From Camelus ferus (taxonomy: Eukaryota), in assembly GCF_009834535.1 (NCBI RefSeq), contig NC_045697.1:97776001-97840000 (forward strand): a DNA stretch of 64,000 bases, read 5' to 3'. Below the pieces are notes generated by a model. That model was not told where the DNA came from. It did no database searches and was given only the letters and a program-made list of their open reading frames with translations. Positions 51,335 to 64,000 of the stretch are shown one piece after another. The position numbers were made by a program, and so were the translations under genes. Positions within the stretch are counted from its first letter, which is position 1, and each line of letters opens with the position of its first letter.

Positions 51335-51567
51335 ATCATATGACTAAGAACTGTGGGTCCTGAAGTCAGACATTCTGGAATGATCTAACCATTGCAAACT
51401 TGGTCATGTTACTAGTTACCAATTTTGCCTTCCCTCAGTCTCTTCATCAGTAAACTGGAGGTAACAGTACAAACTTCATGGGGTTTTATGAGGATTGAAC
51501 AAATAATTCCAGGTAAGGTGCTTCGACGTGTGCTTTGCACAAATTACGCACTCAATAAATGTCACTG
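51335..51567 (+). mobile_element. MIR SINE
   Basis: cctcagtctcttcatcagtaaactggaggtaacagtac...tgaggattgaac...gcactcaataaatg. Confidence 0.85.
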
Positions 51568-51612
51568 TTTGTTGTTGCTGCTGCTGCTGCTGCTGTTGTT
51601 GTTATTATTATT
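51568..51612. repeat. Compound (GTT)/(GCT)/(ATT) trinucleotide repeat from the MIR tail
   Basis: Direct reading. Confidence 0.9.
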
Positions 51613-53206
51613 AAATATAAGGAATTTAAAAGTTAGAGACTTTTATAGACAAAATTACATATCTGGTAACAAAAAAAGAAAAAAAAAAAAAGCTCTTTCT
51701 AATTTGAGACCTGTGCTCATTTCTACTAAACTTTTCTGACCACTCAGGATATTATGATGATATTCTATGGACAGTAATTTCTAGAAGTCAAGAAATACAT
51801 TAGTACAAAGAGAAAAGCAATTGTTTTCTTAAGAAAAAGTACATTAACAGTAATTTTGTACAGTTCGGGCTTAAGAACCAGCCTTGAGAGAATTTCAGGG
51901 AATGAGCACTGTCTTAAAAGCATGAAGTCGGCAGCTGTGCTTCTTAGACTACGACACACAGGGAAGTAACCCCTCACGTGAGGTAGGCAGCCCTGGTCTG
52001 CGGGGGCGGCCACACTGAGTTCAGTGATGCTGGTGCTGTTCCTGGTGGCCCTGGGGACTGGTCTGTCCTCTGGACCCCGCCTCCCCCTACACCAATGGAA
52101 AATAATCCTCTGGCAAGTGTTCCGGTCTCACTGCATACATACATTGCAGCATTCACATCTAAGCCTTTTATTACTTCTTTTACCATCTGCCACACACATT
52201 TTCCTTTGTTCACTTGGTTATCACTTTCTCAAGTTTTCTAAAAGCTACACGAGTGGCGAGTTTGCCCCACACCCATGGTCCTGCCAGACTGTTAAATCCA
52301 TGTCCTGAGACAGTACCCAAGACAATGAACTTTTTTTTAAGTTAAAGATTTTATTAAACACTCTTCTTAATGCTTTAATTCTGAAGACTTAGATTTCCAG
52401 TGAATCACCTTGGAGTGACAGTAGGAGTGATTCCATAAACTACTCTCCATAATCAGCAAGGTGAAGTCAGCTGAGTACCACTCCTCATCGTCACTGAAGG
52501 GTGAGTGTGACACTAAAGTAGTTTTAAGAACTTGTTTTGTATAAAGTTATAACAGGATGAATATCCAAACCCCCAAATAAGGTGTTCATGTCTATGTACC
52601 CTTAGTTGTTGTAAGAATAATCAAAGTCCTCATCACCAAAGTGATACTTGATGAAAACAGAGGTGACTGGTTACTTCTTAATTCCTATTCCCATTGCCTC
52701 CACCACCCCCCACCCCCAGCTGATTCTGCTTGAAGTTTAGCTCTTTGTTTTGTTGGGTTTACTTTTTAAATATTTTATTCTGGGTGTGACATCACTACAG
52801 CTGTGACTGACTGTAAAAGTTCTCATTTCACACGTTACATCCCATCAGATAGAAACAGATCCATCTTGTACATGAAGTGGGATAACCCAGTACCAGATCT
52901 GCTGTGATATCCATCCCCTCCTCTGAGTTAGATGACTTACCATCAACAAACTAGTCTTCTAAACTGTTGTGTAAACATGGTTTCTAATTTTATATGTTCT
53001 ATAGGCATATAGTGTGTGTACATTCACGTATAGACTCACATGCAAAAACAGATGATATCTCTGTACATGTCTATATGTACGTGCAAAGGGTTAACTGGAT
53101 AAAACTCACTAAATGTTAATTATGTTTGTTGTGAAGAGTAAATTTGGGGTCTTTTTTCTTTAATATAACTTGCAAAATTGCATATGTATTATTTCAATTA
53201 ATAATT

Positions 53207-53335
53207 TCACCATATAATTTAGCATCCAAATCAAGACCGTGTTGAGAGTGAAAGAGATCACTTATTAATACACATGCTAAGGAAGTGGCATAAAGGCAGA
53301 CTGTCCCTGGCAAACAAGATGCATCTTCATCCTGT
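53207..53335. mobile_element. MER94-like (hAT-Blackjack) element
   Basis: accatataatttagcatccaaatcaagaccgtgttgagagtgaaagag...gactgtccctggcaaac. Confidence 0.75.
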
Positions 53336-53661
53336 TTAACCCTCACATCTTATATGTAGAGAAACTGGTAAAGGAAGTTGACTAGACCCAGATGCACTAC
53401 TCATAATCAGCAGTCAGGGTTCAAGTCCAGCTCCTGTGTTTTCAGTGACTCCTTACACATCTGGCTTGCCTGTTCCTGTCCCCATGGTCAGATGTGCTCC
53501 TTGCTCATTCTTTTTCAATGAGCTAGTGTAAGTCTTCCTATGAGCTTCTCTTTTGATCCTTATCTTTCTTAATTTGTGTTACGGACGTCTGCGCACCTCT
53601 CATCTCTATTGCTAAATTATGTGTAAGTCACTTATTTAAAATACAACATTGAATCTTTCAT

Positions 53662-53790
53662 TGTATCTTAGTTATCTACAGCTGAGTAACAAATTCCTCC
53701 AAAACATAATGACTGGAAGCAACAAATCTTTATCAAAATGTTTCCTTTGAGAAATTTGGCACAAGCTTGCCACTAACTAGTTTTCTCAGC
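53662..53790 (-). mobile_element. MaLR (MLT1) LTR terminal fragment
   Basis: tgtatcttagttatctacagctgagtaacaaattcctccaaaacataatgactggaagcaacaa. Confidence 0.65.
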
Positions 53791-56615
53791 CTGCTTTCTG
53801 GGGCTGAGTGACCTGCTTTCATTTTGTACTGTCCCTCTCTCTTTCAGTCCAAGTATGGGAAGAACTTTGTGGCCCTCAGTGAGTCTCATGAAGGTTTATT
53901 CCATCAGTCAAAAGCCATACCCACAAATCCCAGAAAGGCATTGATAACATTTTTATTTAATTTAGCAGTTGTATGCCCAAATACTATCTTTCAGTGATTA
54001 TAAATATGTCAGTCTGTAAATTTTTAATTAGTTTGATCATCCTTTTGGTTACCTTGTTAATGAGTTAAATAACCTTTTATTCATGCTCATTCAACTTACG
54101 TAAAAATCAAGTCTTAACTATTTTGAAAATTATGCTTTCAGAGTAGATTAGTCCCTAGAAAACATAAGGTTTCTGTGATTAGTGTAACTTTGTTGGTGAT
54201 GATGATATGTCATGGCTCCCTTTTTATTTTGAATTTATGTTTTAATAAAGTGTACAAATGATACACATGAATGAATGGGAATGGAACACAATACCCATCA
54301 CCCTCTGTGATAAATAATCTGACTTAAACAGATAATTGGCTGGCTAAGCAGGTTTTCTCTTTCTGTTTACAAAATTTTGTGAAATGCCTGAGTGGAAAAG
54401 AGTGGATGGACTGTGTTCTTGGAAGAGTAGAACTGGATTCTGCTGAAACCTCTAACTATTTAAATATTCCACGTATTGGAGTATATAGTAGAGGATTCAG
54501 CTTTCCACACAAAGCATTGAAAATAATATCTTTCTTTTGCTTTTAAAAATTTAAAGTTCATATTAAGAAGGAAACTTGTCATCTTATTTAATCAAAGAGG
54601 CCGTCACTGAGTAATAAGTAGATAAAATGGCTAACTTTCTTATCTGGAGCGAAACCATCACAGAAATGAGAAATCACATTTCATCACTCCCATACTGACT
54701 GAAGCCCCTCTCTTATTTCAGGCATGGAGAACACAGAAAGCCATAATAAACTGTGATTTTCATACTTTTTAAAAGTGATATCTAGAAAAAAATCAAAGGC
54801 TCATTTTTATGGCATTTTCTGCACATTTGAGCAACGGGTGCAAAACCTCAGGCTCTTGACCTCAAGGACAATGAAAGCTGTTGAAAGAAGTCCGCATTAT
54901 GAAATTCATTTTGACAAATGGTGATGAAACACACATCTCAAAAAAAGCAAGCTTTCTGCAGAACCGATTTCTTATCTTAATTCTAGAATATGGAGATAAC
55001 AAGGCAGGCATCATCATCTATATTTATGTAACTCATGTCTGTTTTATCATCCGATTGCCTTCTTGAGAAAGTAGCCCCAAAAATTTATTTTAGGAATTCA
55101 GAAAAATTTAAACATACCAACTTTGTCGACATCCTTCCTGCCGGATTGCCCTTTAATCATGTTCTAGCTCCAGAGAGTATACGGTCTTTAATCCAGTGTA
55201 ATAAATCATGAAATGATTTTTCTCAGCGAGACAAAGGGACATTACTTGAAATGTTAGCATGGCATTGGAACAGTGGAGAAGGCTGATGCAATTACCTAGA
55301 AGGCCTGTTTACCCCTTCTTCATTTCTCTCCACCTAAGGACAAAATTGTTATTCAGCCCAGTCAGCTCGAGCGTTGCATCAAGAGCGAGATCTGAAAGTA
55401 CTGATTTATAAGGCAAGTTATAGCTGGAATAAGAAATGCAGATAAGCAAAGTACCTTAAAGGCTTTATTTTGTTTGCTCTCTTTTTTGAACTCTCCTCTG
55501 CTCCTTACTCTATTTAAGTTATATAACAATTAATACTAAGACTTTCACTATTTCTGTGTATTGACACTCCAACCCCAAATATTTAACTTTGTATTCGGTT
55601 GCTGTTTCATCTCTGAAGCAAGGGAATTCTAAGATGTAGGCATATAAATCATGCTGGTGCATGATAAATGTGCCGTAGGACACCAGGTCCCATGTCCTGA
55701 GAGGGAAATGAATGGCCTTGGAAGGGCACAGTGTTACAGTTGGTAGCAAGTGGTGAGAGGTAGAAGTCTACCTAGTTGTTCTTAACTTTTCAATATAAGC
55801 AAAGTTTACTGGGCTTTCCCTGAGACACATAAATTCAAATTTCTTGATTTCACTTATTTTTCTTAAATACACAAATAGAAAACACTACAGGTTGATTCCA
55901 CGCAGGCAGAATGGCACGCCAGTCCTGCTGTTGTGTGAGTCTCCTTCCCCTCACTGCTGTTGGAACTTCCTTGTCTTCCTGGCCACCGGGTTTGAGATGT
56001 AGAATAATTGATTAGTTATCCGAGCAGTGCCATATTACTAAGACGACTATTTGTAAAATCAAAGTATTTTGTATTGTCCTTAATGCAATCTGTTGAAAGA
56101 GATAGCCAGGGGGAGCAGGTATGGAGTCTCCTACAATAGACACGTGTAAACTTCCTTTGCATGCTAATTACAACACAAAATGTCAACAAGCCAAAGAGTG
56201 GCTAGGCAAGGGTTTAATATACCTGAGCAGTTTTGAAATTATAATATTTAATCCTGATAAGCTAGAAGCTGTAATCAGTCTGTTGTACTATACTGTGCGA
56301 AGTTAGAACTGTGTGAACCATCTTCAGACAAATCATATTTCCTCTACTATATTTTTTAACCCTTTTTGATAAGATTATCCTCAAATTCTTTGAAGTTTAT
56401 TCATGTCTTATAAAGAAGATCTGGATCAGAACCACAGATCACTAGCCTCAAGGACGCCAACTATCCTCCCACTAAGGGGTAACAAACCTAAAACGTTCTT
56501 GTCAAGGTATATTTTAACTAATCTACTTAAATTATTCAGCAATATCCGTAATTATACATGGAATGGTGATACTGTAGTAAGAGATAGTATGTTACAATTT
56601 TAAAATACAACTGTG

Positions 56616-56929
56616 TTCATCTACAAAACAGAAACAGACTCTCAGACATAGTAAACAACCTTATGGTTACCAGGGGAAAGAGGGTGGGAAGGGATACATT
56701 TGGGAGTTTGAGATTTACAGATGTCAGCCACTATATATAAAAATAGATTTTAAAAAAAGGTTCTGCTGTATATCAGGGGGAACTATGTTCAATATCTTGT
56801 AATAACCTTTAATAAAAAATATGAAAATGAATATATGTATATACGTGCATGACTGGGACACTGTGCCGTACACCAGAAATTGACACATTGTAAATGATGG
56901 TACTTCAATAAAAATAGAATAAAATAAAT
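56616..56929 (+). mobile_element. Short L1 3' UTR-only insertion (lineage-specific)
   Basis: catctacaaaacagaaacagac...gtacaccagaaattgacacattgtaa...cttcaataaaaa; TSD tacaactgtg 56606-56615 / 56930-56939. Confidence 0.93.
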
Positions 56930-58269
56930 TACAACTGTGACCTCTAGAGTTATAAAATATTTTCCATTGTATTTCAAACCTAGTACACTTTTCTATCAAG
57001 AGTTACATAAAAGTTCTTTTTTCCCCCATATATTCACTTTTCATTGAATTTGTTAAAGTTACAGAGTTCTTGCACTGCCAAACCATGCTTGAGAATTCAA
57101 AGAAAGAAATGGTACAAAGGACAGCCTCACCCACCCATCAAGTATATTAAAACTTGATTCATGTGCATTTTGATAATTTGACAGTCTTTTGAAAAGTTAT
57201 CACAAGGCTTGGAATTTTTAAATCTCCTGCAGGTCTCCAGATTTCTAGGACAGTATGCCATTAAATAACATTTCTATATCTTCATCTCAGTTCATTCCTC
57301 AATAACATAAACCTCAACAAAATTTCGCTGGAAAAAAATGCATACTTTTCAGGGAAAATATGTGGCTCAAGGTCCAAGAGATTATTTGATAAGATTTTTG
57401 GTTCTCAAATGAAGTCTTCAGTTTCACCAAGAATCCTTTGTTTCTCAGTCATCTAACCTCTCCTTGGCCAGCTCAGCCAAGCTTTTGTATTCAAGTTTTT
57501 AATGATAATTGATAACCCAAGATTTAAGAAAATGATTCACTTGCAATAAAAACATTGTAAAATGTCACTAGAAGTATTATAAATTTAATTTCTATGTTAT
57601 TATAGTTTCAAGTTATATGCAAACAATAACTCTAGTGCCTATTTCTGAATCTGATAGACAAACACCCAGCAGGATGTCAAGGTTTTTGCTAGTAACTCTG
57701 CAGGAAGAGATCTGAAATTTGATAACCGCTGAATTCAAGAGAAATGAACTTTAGAGATCACTGGTTCCAACCCCTCTAATTTGCACAAAAAGGTTAAAAG
57801 GCAAAGGCCTAGCATGTTTAAATATCCCTCACTTAGCAAAGTCGGCACTGGAAACAAAGGCACTCAAATTCCCTCACTTTCTTGAAACAATGACCATATA
57901 TGTTGTAAGCCATTCTGATATGAGAGCAGGTGTGCACTCATATTTGGATCTAATAGCAGGTATGGGGACTCATAGTTTCCATTGACTCATCCAAATGACT
58001 ACATTACATGCTAAACTAAATGCCAGGCATCCTGAATCACCTTGTTTGCCCAGGAAAAAACAAACAGACAAACAAAAACCTGGACTTAAAAAGAGTTTTG
58101 CAAACATGAATTAGTCTTGACATCACTCAATCTAGAACAAGGACACAGGGAATGAAGGAGCAAACTGATTTTTTTTTTTTTTTTTTTTTTGCTTTTCCTG
58201 AGAAGTGGAAAAACATAATATAACATTTTACCATGTCTACCTATGCACTTATCAGCTGATGATCCAAAA

Positions 58270-58428
58270 TTCCTTTCCCTTTTTTCCTGCCTTGAATGTG
58301 GACATGATGCCTGGAGCTACAGCAGCCATTTTGGTGTCATAATGTGACAAGCCTGAGGGAATAGACAAGGTAAATAACTCTGTTTAAGCCACAGTAAATC
58401 TCTTACTTGCAGCTGCAAGTATTCCTAA
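58270..58428 (+). mobile_element. MLT1J/K-like LTR fragment (internally deleted)
   Basis: ttcctgccttgaatgtggacatgatgcctggagctacagcagccattttg...tgtttaagccac...ttacttgcagctg. Confidence 0.7.
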
Positions 58429-58819
58429 ATGAGGTGCCTAGTGAACCTGAACTTCATTTTGTGTACTAGTTGCACAGTGTGTATCCTGCTATATGATAGT
58501 CCTTGGTTTACCTGTATGAAAAGCAAACTGATCTTGTCTCTGTCTTGTCACCCTGAGGTATCAAGGCAAATCATCAGGGCTCTAATTTGCATCAAGGGCT
58601 ATAAGTCTTATGAAAAGGATGAGGGTGGGAAAAATGGTGAATGGAGATTTTAGAATTAAGGACAGTTTCAAACACCATGAAGCTTAATATTCTGTAATAA
58701 AAAGGGATTAAAATATCTTTAGTTCTCTAGAAAGATGCTTAAAGGCTACAGGGCTGTTAGGAAAATTTCCCATGGCAGCTAGAAGTGCAAAGACACTGGA
58801 TAGACCTGGGAGAAAATTA

Positions 58820-58930
58820 AGCAGTATTTATTTAGGACCTACTACATGTCAGATATTATGCTGATTGTTTACATTAAAATTTCCTTGATCCTCACAACAA
58901 TCTCATGAGATAGATATTTTTATCTGATTA
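58820..58930 (-). mobile_element. MIR fragment
   Basis: agtatttatttaggacctactacatgtcag...ttgatcctcacaacaatctcatgagatag. Confidence 0.7.
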
Positions 58931-59064
58931 CGTGAGTTTAGGTTCCTTTGGGAAGGTCCCGCGTGGGATAAGAGTTCAATGTTTGTCAGCAGGTAGCAAA
59001 GATTTATACGCCAATCCTAACAGAGCTCAAAGCAGCTCTTTGTGTAGAATACTGATGAAATGAG

Positions 59065-59270
59065 CAATTTCTAGAACCAGACTACCTGGGTCCTATGCTG
59101 GTTCACCAGTTGTGTGATGTCAAGTTACTCCCTCCAAGCATTAGTTTCCTTGTCCATAAGATAGGATTGATAGAGCTGGTGTGAAGTTAAATGATGTGGT
59201 ATGTACAAATCTCGCACTGCACCAGGAACATGGGAAGAGTTCAGCTCTCAGCTATTGCTGTTATTATAAA
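59065..59270 (+). mobile_element. MIR fragment
   Basis: tctagaaccagactacctggg...gcattagtttccttgtccataagataggattgatag...gtgaagttaaatga. Confidence 0.7.
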
Positions 59271-59689
59271 TGTCGCCAGCAGAGGGGGCAATACACCTAT
59301 AAAAGCAGCGTTCTTCAGCATCCCAAAGGCCCAAACCCCTCAGAAGGTCACAAAGAAACATTATATTGTAGGGAAAGACTATTTCCTCTAGGAGCAAAAC
59401 TTACATTTGTCCTAAGCAAAGAGTTTGGATGTTGGGCCAACAACAAGGGACGCCAAGAAGACCAGAGCAAGATCTGGAAATGAAAGAACCCAAGAATAGA
59501 AACACTAGTGCTTGAGAAAGCCAGTGACCCCAAGAGCAGGACCTAAACAGCCCCGGATTAGTCAGCTGGGAAGGATTGCCAGAGAATCTCCTTAGTTTAT
59601 CCCAAACTTCCTTTGCAGAGGTGAACTGAAGGGCTGAGGGAGGGGAGCAAATCCCAGTAAGTAGCTAGCATGAACTCTGCAATCCTAAC

Positions 59690-59790
59690 AAAAGTCTATG
59701 TGTTACAAGGAAACTGAGATGCCAGGTGGTTAAACAACTTGCTCAAGGTCTCAAATGGGTGAAGCCAACATTCTCACCCATTATGTGTTT
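59690..59790 (-). mobile_element. MIR fragment
   Basis: ggaaactgagatgccaggtggttaaacaacttgctcaaggtctca. Confidence 0.65.
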
Positions 59791-60176
59791 CTGTGGAAAA
59801 GTCTCCAACTCATCCAAGTGTGTCTGAAACAACAGCTTTGTTTGAGGTTTTTCTTTCCTTTTTAGAAATCGTTCATCTAAACACTGTCTTAGGTCACCAG
59901 CGCTCCACTAAAGCCAATGGAAGAGCATCTTGGTCATGTTTCTGAGAAGGGCAGTGTCCCTCAGAAGAGGCATGAGGTTTTCACAACGTTCTGACTCAAG
60001 TTTCTTCACGTCCCCTCTACAAGAGGAGAGGTCCTGAAGTTTATTTTCCACAGCAGATGCTTTGGCCCCCTCAAAGACACTCAAGTGTTTATGTTTACTG
60101 TTTTTGCACGGTTGTGCTTTGGAGTCATGTTTAGAAAGCTCCTCAGTGTAAACAAGAGGAAGGTTTGCTGATGTTT

Positions 60177-60843
60177 ATATTATTTAGGTTTCAAAGAAGC
60201 AGAAACACTAGGAGATAGATAATGGTTTTTTAAATAGGAATTTGACTTTATAGATTTGCGGGAGCTGGTTAAGCAGTGTCTGTGAAGGGCTGCCTTCCTA
60301 TCTGATGCTGGAGCTAAAAGTCTGGGAGGAAGAGCACGAATACACTGGAACCACAAACACAAGCAAAGCCCATGACCACACACAGAAACCCATGACTTGT
60401 TGCACTGGAACTCGGTGGAACTCCAGAAGCTGGGACATCTTAAAGCCACACCTCAGACTAGGAACCAGAGAAACTGAGCGCGGCTCCAGAGAAAGCTGGG
60501 ACAGTCACAGGCCTGTGGCTCCCTCACAACAATAACATGAATCGTCAAATAAGCAACAGTGTGTGTGAAATAGCTATTGCTGTATTTTATATATCCCAGA
60601 AGAATGTCTCATGCAGCCCACCCTAACCAGATACATACAGAAAATAGAGTTCTGGGAAATGTATTTCAGCCTAGCCAAATGGACGCAACACACAATGACC
60701 ATGATCAACCCCTTCTGAATTTGGTATACACAGACATTTCATTAAACCATCCTCAACTTCCAAATAAAGATCAAAGCAAAGCCACACCTCCACTTAATGA
60801 GATACAATAAAATATCAAGTGCAATCAAAAGCAAGCTAACATG
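60177..60843 (-). mobile_element. MLT2E/F-like LTR (60177-60706) plus adjacent ERV-L internal 3' end
   Basis: gggagctggttaagcagtgtctgtgaagg...ccctaaccagatacatacag...ttctgggaaatgtatttcagcctagccaa; then aaccccttctgaatttgg...aacttccaaataaaga. Confidence 0.75.
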
Positions 60844-61417
60844 ACCCTTATGTTCACAGCAGCACTATAAACAATAGCCAAGACAATGGAAACAACCCAA
60901 ACGTCCATCGGCAGATGACTGGATAAAGAAGCTGTGGTATATTTACACAATGGGATACTACTCAGCCATAAAAATAGAATAATGCCATATGCATCAAGAT
61001 GCATGGACCTGGAGATTGTCATTCTAAGCGAAGTAAGCCAGAAAGAGAAAGAAAAATATCATATGATATCACTTATATGTGGAATCCAAAAAAAAAAAAA
61101 AAGACGTAAATGAATTTATTTACAGAACAGAAACAGAATCACATAGAGAAAAACTTATGGTTACCAGTGTTAAAGGGAGTGGGAAGGGATAAATTGGGAG
61201 TTTGAGATTTGCAGATACTAAATACTATATATAAAATAGATAAACAAGTTTCTTCTGTATAGCACAGGGAACTATATTCAATATCTTGCAGTAACTTATG
61301 GTGAAAAAGAATATGAAAACAAATATATGTATGTTCATGAATGAAAGAAGCATTATTCTGTACACCAGAAATTGACAACATTGTAAACTATACTTCACTT
61401 AAAAAAAAAAAAAAAAA
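60844..61417 (+). mobile_element. Lineage-specific 5'-truncated L1 (ORF2 end plus 3' UTR plus poly(A))
   Basis: L1 3' sequence; 17-bp TSD aaaagcaagctaacatg 60827-60843 / aaaagcaagttaacatg 61418-61434. Confidence 0.95.
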
Positions 61418-61454
61418 AAAAGCAAGTTAACATGGAGCATAGAGATACACGACC

Positions 61455-62130
61455 AGGAAGGCAGTGTGAGGAATTTTAGTTGGTAAAAATTACCAAAGAA
61501 GTGTCTCGGAAACTGTTCTAGGGACATATATCAAATGAAGACAACTTGATTCAAAAGTCTGTTTCATCTTGATAGGGACAATAAGAGCCTGGAGCACTTG
61601 AGGCATGACCTGCTCACCCTGTCCCCTCCACAGGTCAGCTAATGGGAGATGCACTCAGGTGGGTGTGGCCAAGAAGAGGGAACTCCACTGCCCCTCGGGT
61701 CAAGGGCTGTGCAGCCCCCCAGACAGGCAAGCTTCTAGTGTTTCCCACCGCCCCACAGCCTGTATCAGGCTAAATGCCAGATGAGTGCAGATAAGGGGTT
61801 GGGGGCTCTCCAAGCAGCCCCCACTATTTGGCAGAGGCTCTAGCCCAGACACAGGGGGCTGAGAACATGGGGGTCTCAGGCGTCCTCACCCCAGCTCCTT
61901 CAATGGGTAGAGGCTTCAGGTTAGGAGAGGTAAGCCAAAAAGGTCAAAACTGCCCGTCCTGCCCAGTGCCCTGCCCATAATGCAGGAGGTCATGCCAAAA
62001 CAAGTAGGTCACTGTTCCAGCTCTGGAACAGTGGCTCTGAGTTTTGTACAGAGAAGAGGCAGAAACACAAACAAAGCACACAGAAGGTCCCTCCAAAGGA
62101 AACGTCACACGGTCCGTTTGGCAAAGCAGG
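61455..62130 (+). mobile_element. Old L1 (L1MA/MB-type) 5' UTR fragment
   Basis: gaaactgttctagggacatatatcaaatgaagac...gggtgtggccaagaagaggg...ggaacagtggctctgagttttg. Confidence 0.65.
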
Positions 62131-62309
62131 CTGTGCACCGCTGGCCCTGGTACAGAGCCTGGTCTGTCCTGAGCCTCACTCAAAGCTGGCCACTTACTGG
62201 GTCGCTCAGTAAATGGGTCAGAGTAACACTCACAAAGGAGTCATGTGTTGTTTTCAGAACCCAAAAACGCCTGCTTAGATACTGTTCCTTTTTCTGGGTG
62301 GTTGGATGA

Positions 62310-62660
62310 GTCAGATGCTATAACCTGCCCTTCACCTTGAAAGGGCTATCTCAGCATGCCCCTCTATAGCTGGATGCCTAGAAATTTCTCCAAGCTAGCA
62401 GACGATTTTGGCGCATTTTATTTCTCACCATCATTCACGTACCTTACCAATATGCTTAGAGTGGTTGCTATTTCCCGCACACCAGCCCAACCAGAAGTAT
62501 GTAATTGCTGTAATGGACAAGGCTATTGTCCTGTGGAACAGAACTGCTGGGGATATCTGTGGCACAGACTGTAACATATGAAGTTCATATATCCCTGAAG
62601 TAGGACAGTGGAAGTGTATCATCAGCCCTGCCAGTTGAAAATATACTACTTCTTGCGTTT
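62310..62660 (-). mobile_element. Probable ERV-L/MaLR internal fragment
   Basis: Lies between two MLT2-like LTRs; resemblance by eye only. Confidence 0.35.
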
Positions 62661-62699
62661 TTTGTGCAGGTGAATAGCTATATACCAGGTAGCTATATA

Positions 62700-63167
62700 C
62701 TGTATCTTATGATAAGCATGTCTACTTTGACAATTAATTGCCTTCACTAGGATAGATATGTAGATAAGGCTATAAATACAGATGAATATTAAGCCATGTC
62801 CCACAATGACAAATGGAAACCCACATCGGTTCTATATGCTTGTGTGACCTTGGTGATATGGGTGTCCTACAGAGGCTAGGACCCTTCTTCATGGTGCCGA
62901 GCACACACACTTGGCCCAGGAGTCAGAGAAGCTGACACAGGATCGAGCAGAAGGTGGAGTATTAGCAGCCCCACTACTGCCTCCCACCCACGAGATGCCC
63001 CAGCAGGTCAGTGACATGTGCAAGATACGGCTACTGCTTCACCTCCCGCCTCCTCATCTCCCACAAGAATCTCTCCTAATCTCATCCTAACCAGAAACAT
63101 ACAGGAAAAGCAATTTTAGGAAGTTAGTTCATCCTGGCCAAGGTGACACCTTACAAAGCCACCATCA
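62700..63167 (-). mobile_element. Second MLT2E/F-like LTR
   Basis: ctgcttcacctcccgcc...cctaaccagaaacatacaggaaaagcaattttaggaagttagttcatcctggccaaggtgacaccttacaaagcccaccatca. Confidence 0.7.
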
Positions 63168-64000
63168 TATCATTAACACTCCACTCCGCAGGAGGTGACA
63201 TTCAGAGCAAAACGAGTCTTCTCACGCCAATTCCGGGAGAGACAACAAAAATGAGATGAGCTGGCTTCATTACAAAGGGAGTGGGAGGGATAAAATTGGA
63301 ACTTCCAGAAGGGAGACGTAAAAAAGGAACAAGACTCAAAAGATCCCTCTAGCATTAATTCAAAGTAGTCTCCACATTGAGTAAACATGACCTGATGGGA
63401 AGAGAAAAAGTCTGCACTCTGGATACATTTCAAATATATTTCTAATCAGCTAGAGTAAGACCAGGTTCTTTCAGATGATGAGCTGAATCTATATGCCTTG
63501 TCCAGCCTTGAGGGTTTTTATTAGCAAATTTATAATTAGGATACAAAATGCGCTTCTCTTCTATAAAGTGTCCCTGCAGACATACCCTCTGAGGAATTCC
63601 TTAGGCCAGAGCACTACTTGGTGCAAAACCCTCGACACAACTCAGGTAATTTCTGACCTCTACTAGCAATTTTGCTGGGACCAGGATTTATGCCATAGCG
63701 AGGAAACTAAGTTAAAGCAGTTGGTCTACAAAATTATTAGCACCAGGCTAAAACTGCCCTGATCATTACAGGACTCGGAACACAAAGAGAGTCACCAGCA
63801 GGTGAAAGGGTGTGTGGAGCTCCCCAAACAGCAGTTCTGAGCATGGTGCGCTGAGCCATTTTCGCTATCTCCTCACCAACTCTGAAGACAGCGCCCGTGT
63901 GATCGGTATGGGAGGGAAAGGAGTTAAGGAGCAAATTTTATTATCTACAAAGTCGCAGAAGCAAAAGTAATTTAGGCATGTTACTTAGAAAACGTAAAGT

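Noticed and set aside
51425..51739. Poly-Leu signal/TM-like ORF
   Set aside because: Produced by a MIR and its trinucleotide tail.
54600..56380. Several GATA motifs and scattered CpGs
   Set aside because: Density not clearly above chance in AT-rich DNA; cannot be supported without conservation data.
76..63934. ORF track entries (60-118 aa) as genes
   Set aside because: All short, low-complexity or inside repeats; the recognisable ones are L1 ORF2 or ERV pol debris. None resembles a cellular protein I know.

Overview
Mammalian non-coding DNA, AT-rich, CpG-depleted and repeat-dense; it could be intergenic or a large intron. It is most likely camelid: the young L1 3' UTRs are cetartiodactyl-type, a vic-1-like SINE tail is present, and I saw no Bov-A/BovB/PRE-1/Alu. 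I recognise no protein-coding gene, RNA gene or CpG island. The supplied ORFs are L1/ERV debris or chance ORFs. The window holds LINE-1 fragments of several ages, MaLR/ERVL LTRs, an ancient class III (ERV-L-like) pol remnant split by nested L1s, a Gypsy-like integrase plus LTR remnant, an ERV1-type solo LTR, hAT/Tigger DNA elements, MIR/L2 and microsatellites. The most unusual object is one TSD-flanked L1 (44902-47926) carrying three unrelated captured segments: a 93-bp copy of local DNA from 2 kb upstream, a tiny poly(A)-tailed mRNA retrocopy, and a 144-bp foreign segment joined to a second L1 3' UTR. Repeat family names come from recalled consensus similarity by eye, not a search. Boundaries of old repeats are approximate. 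I see no evidence for a new gene-encoded system.
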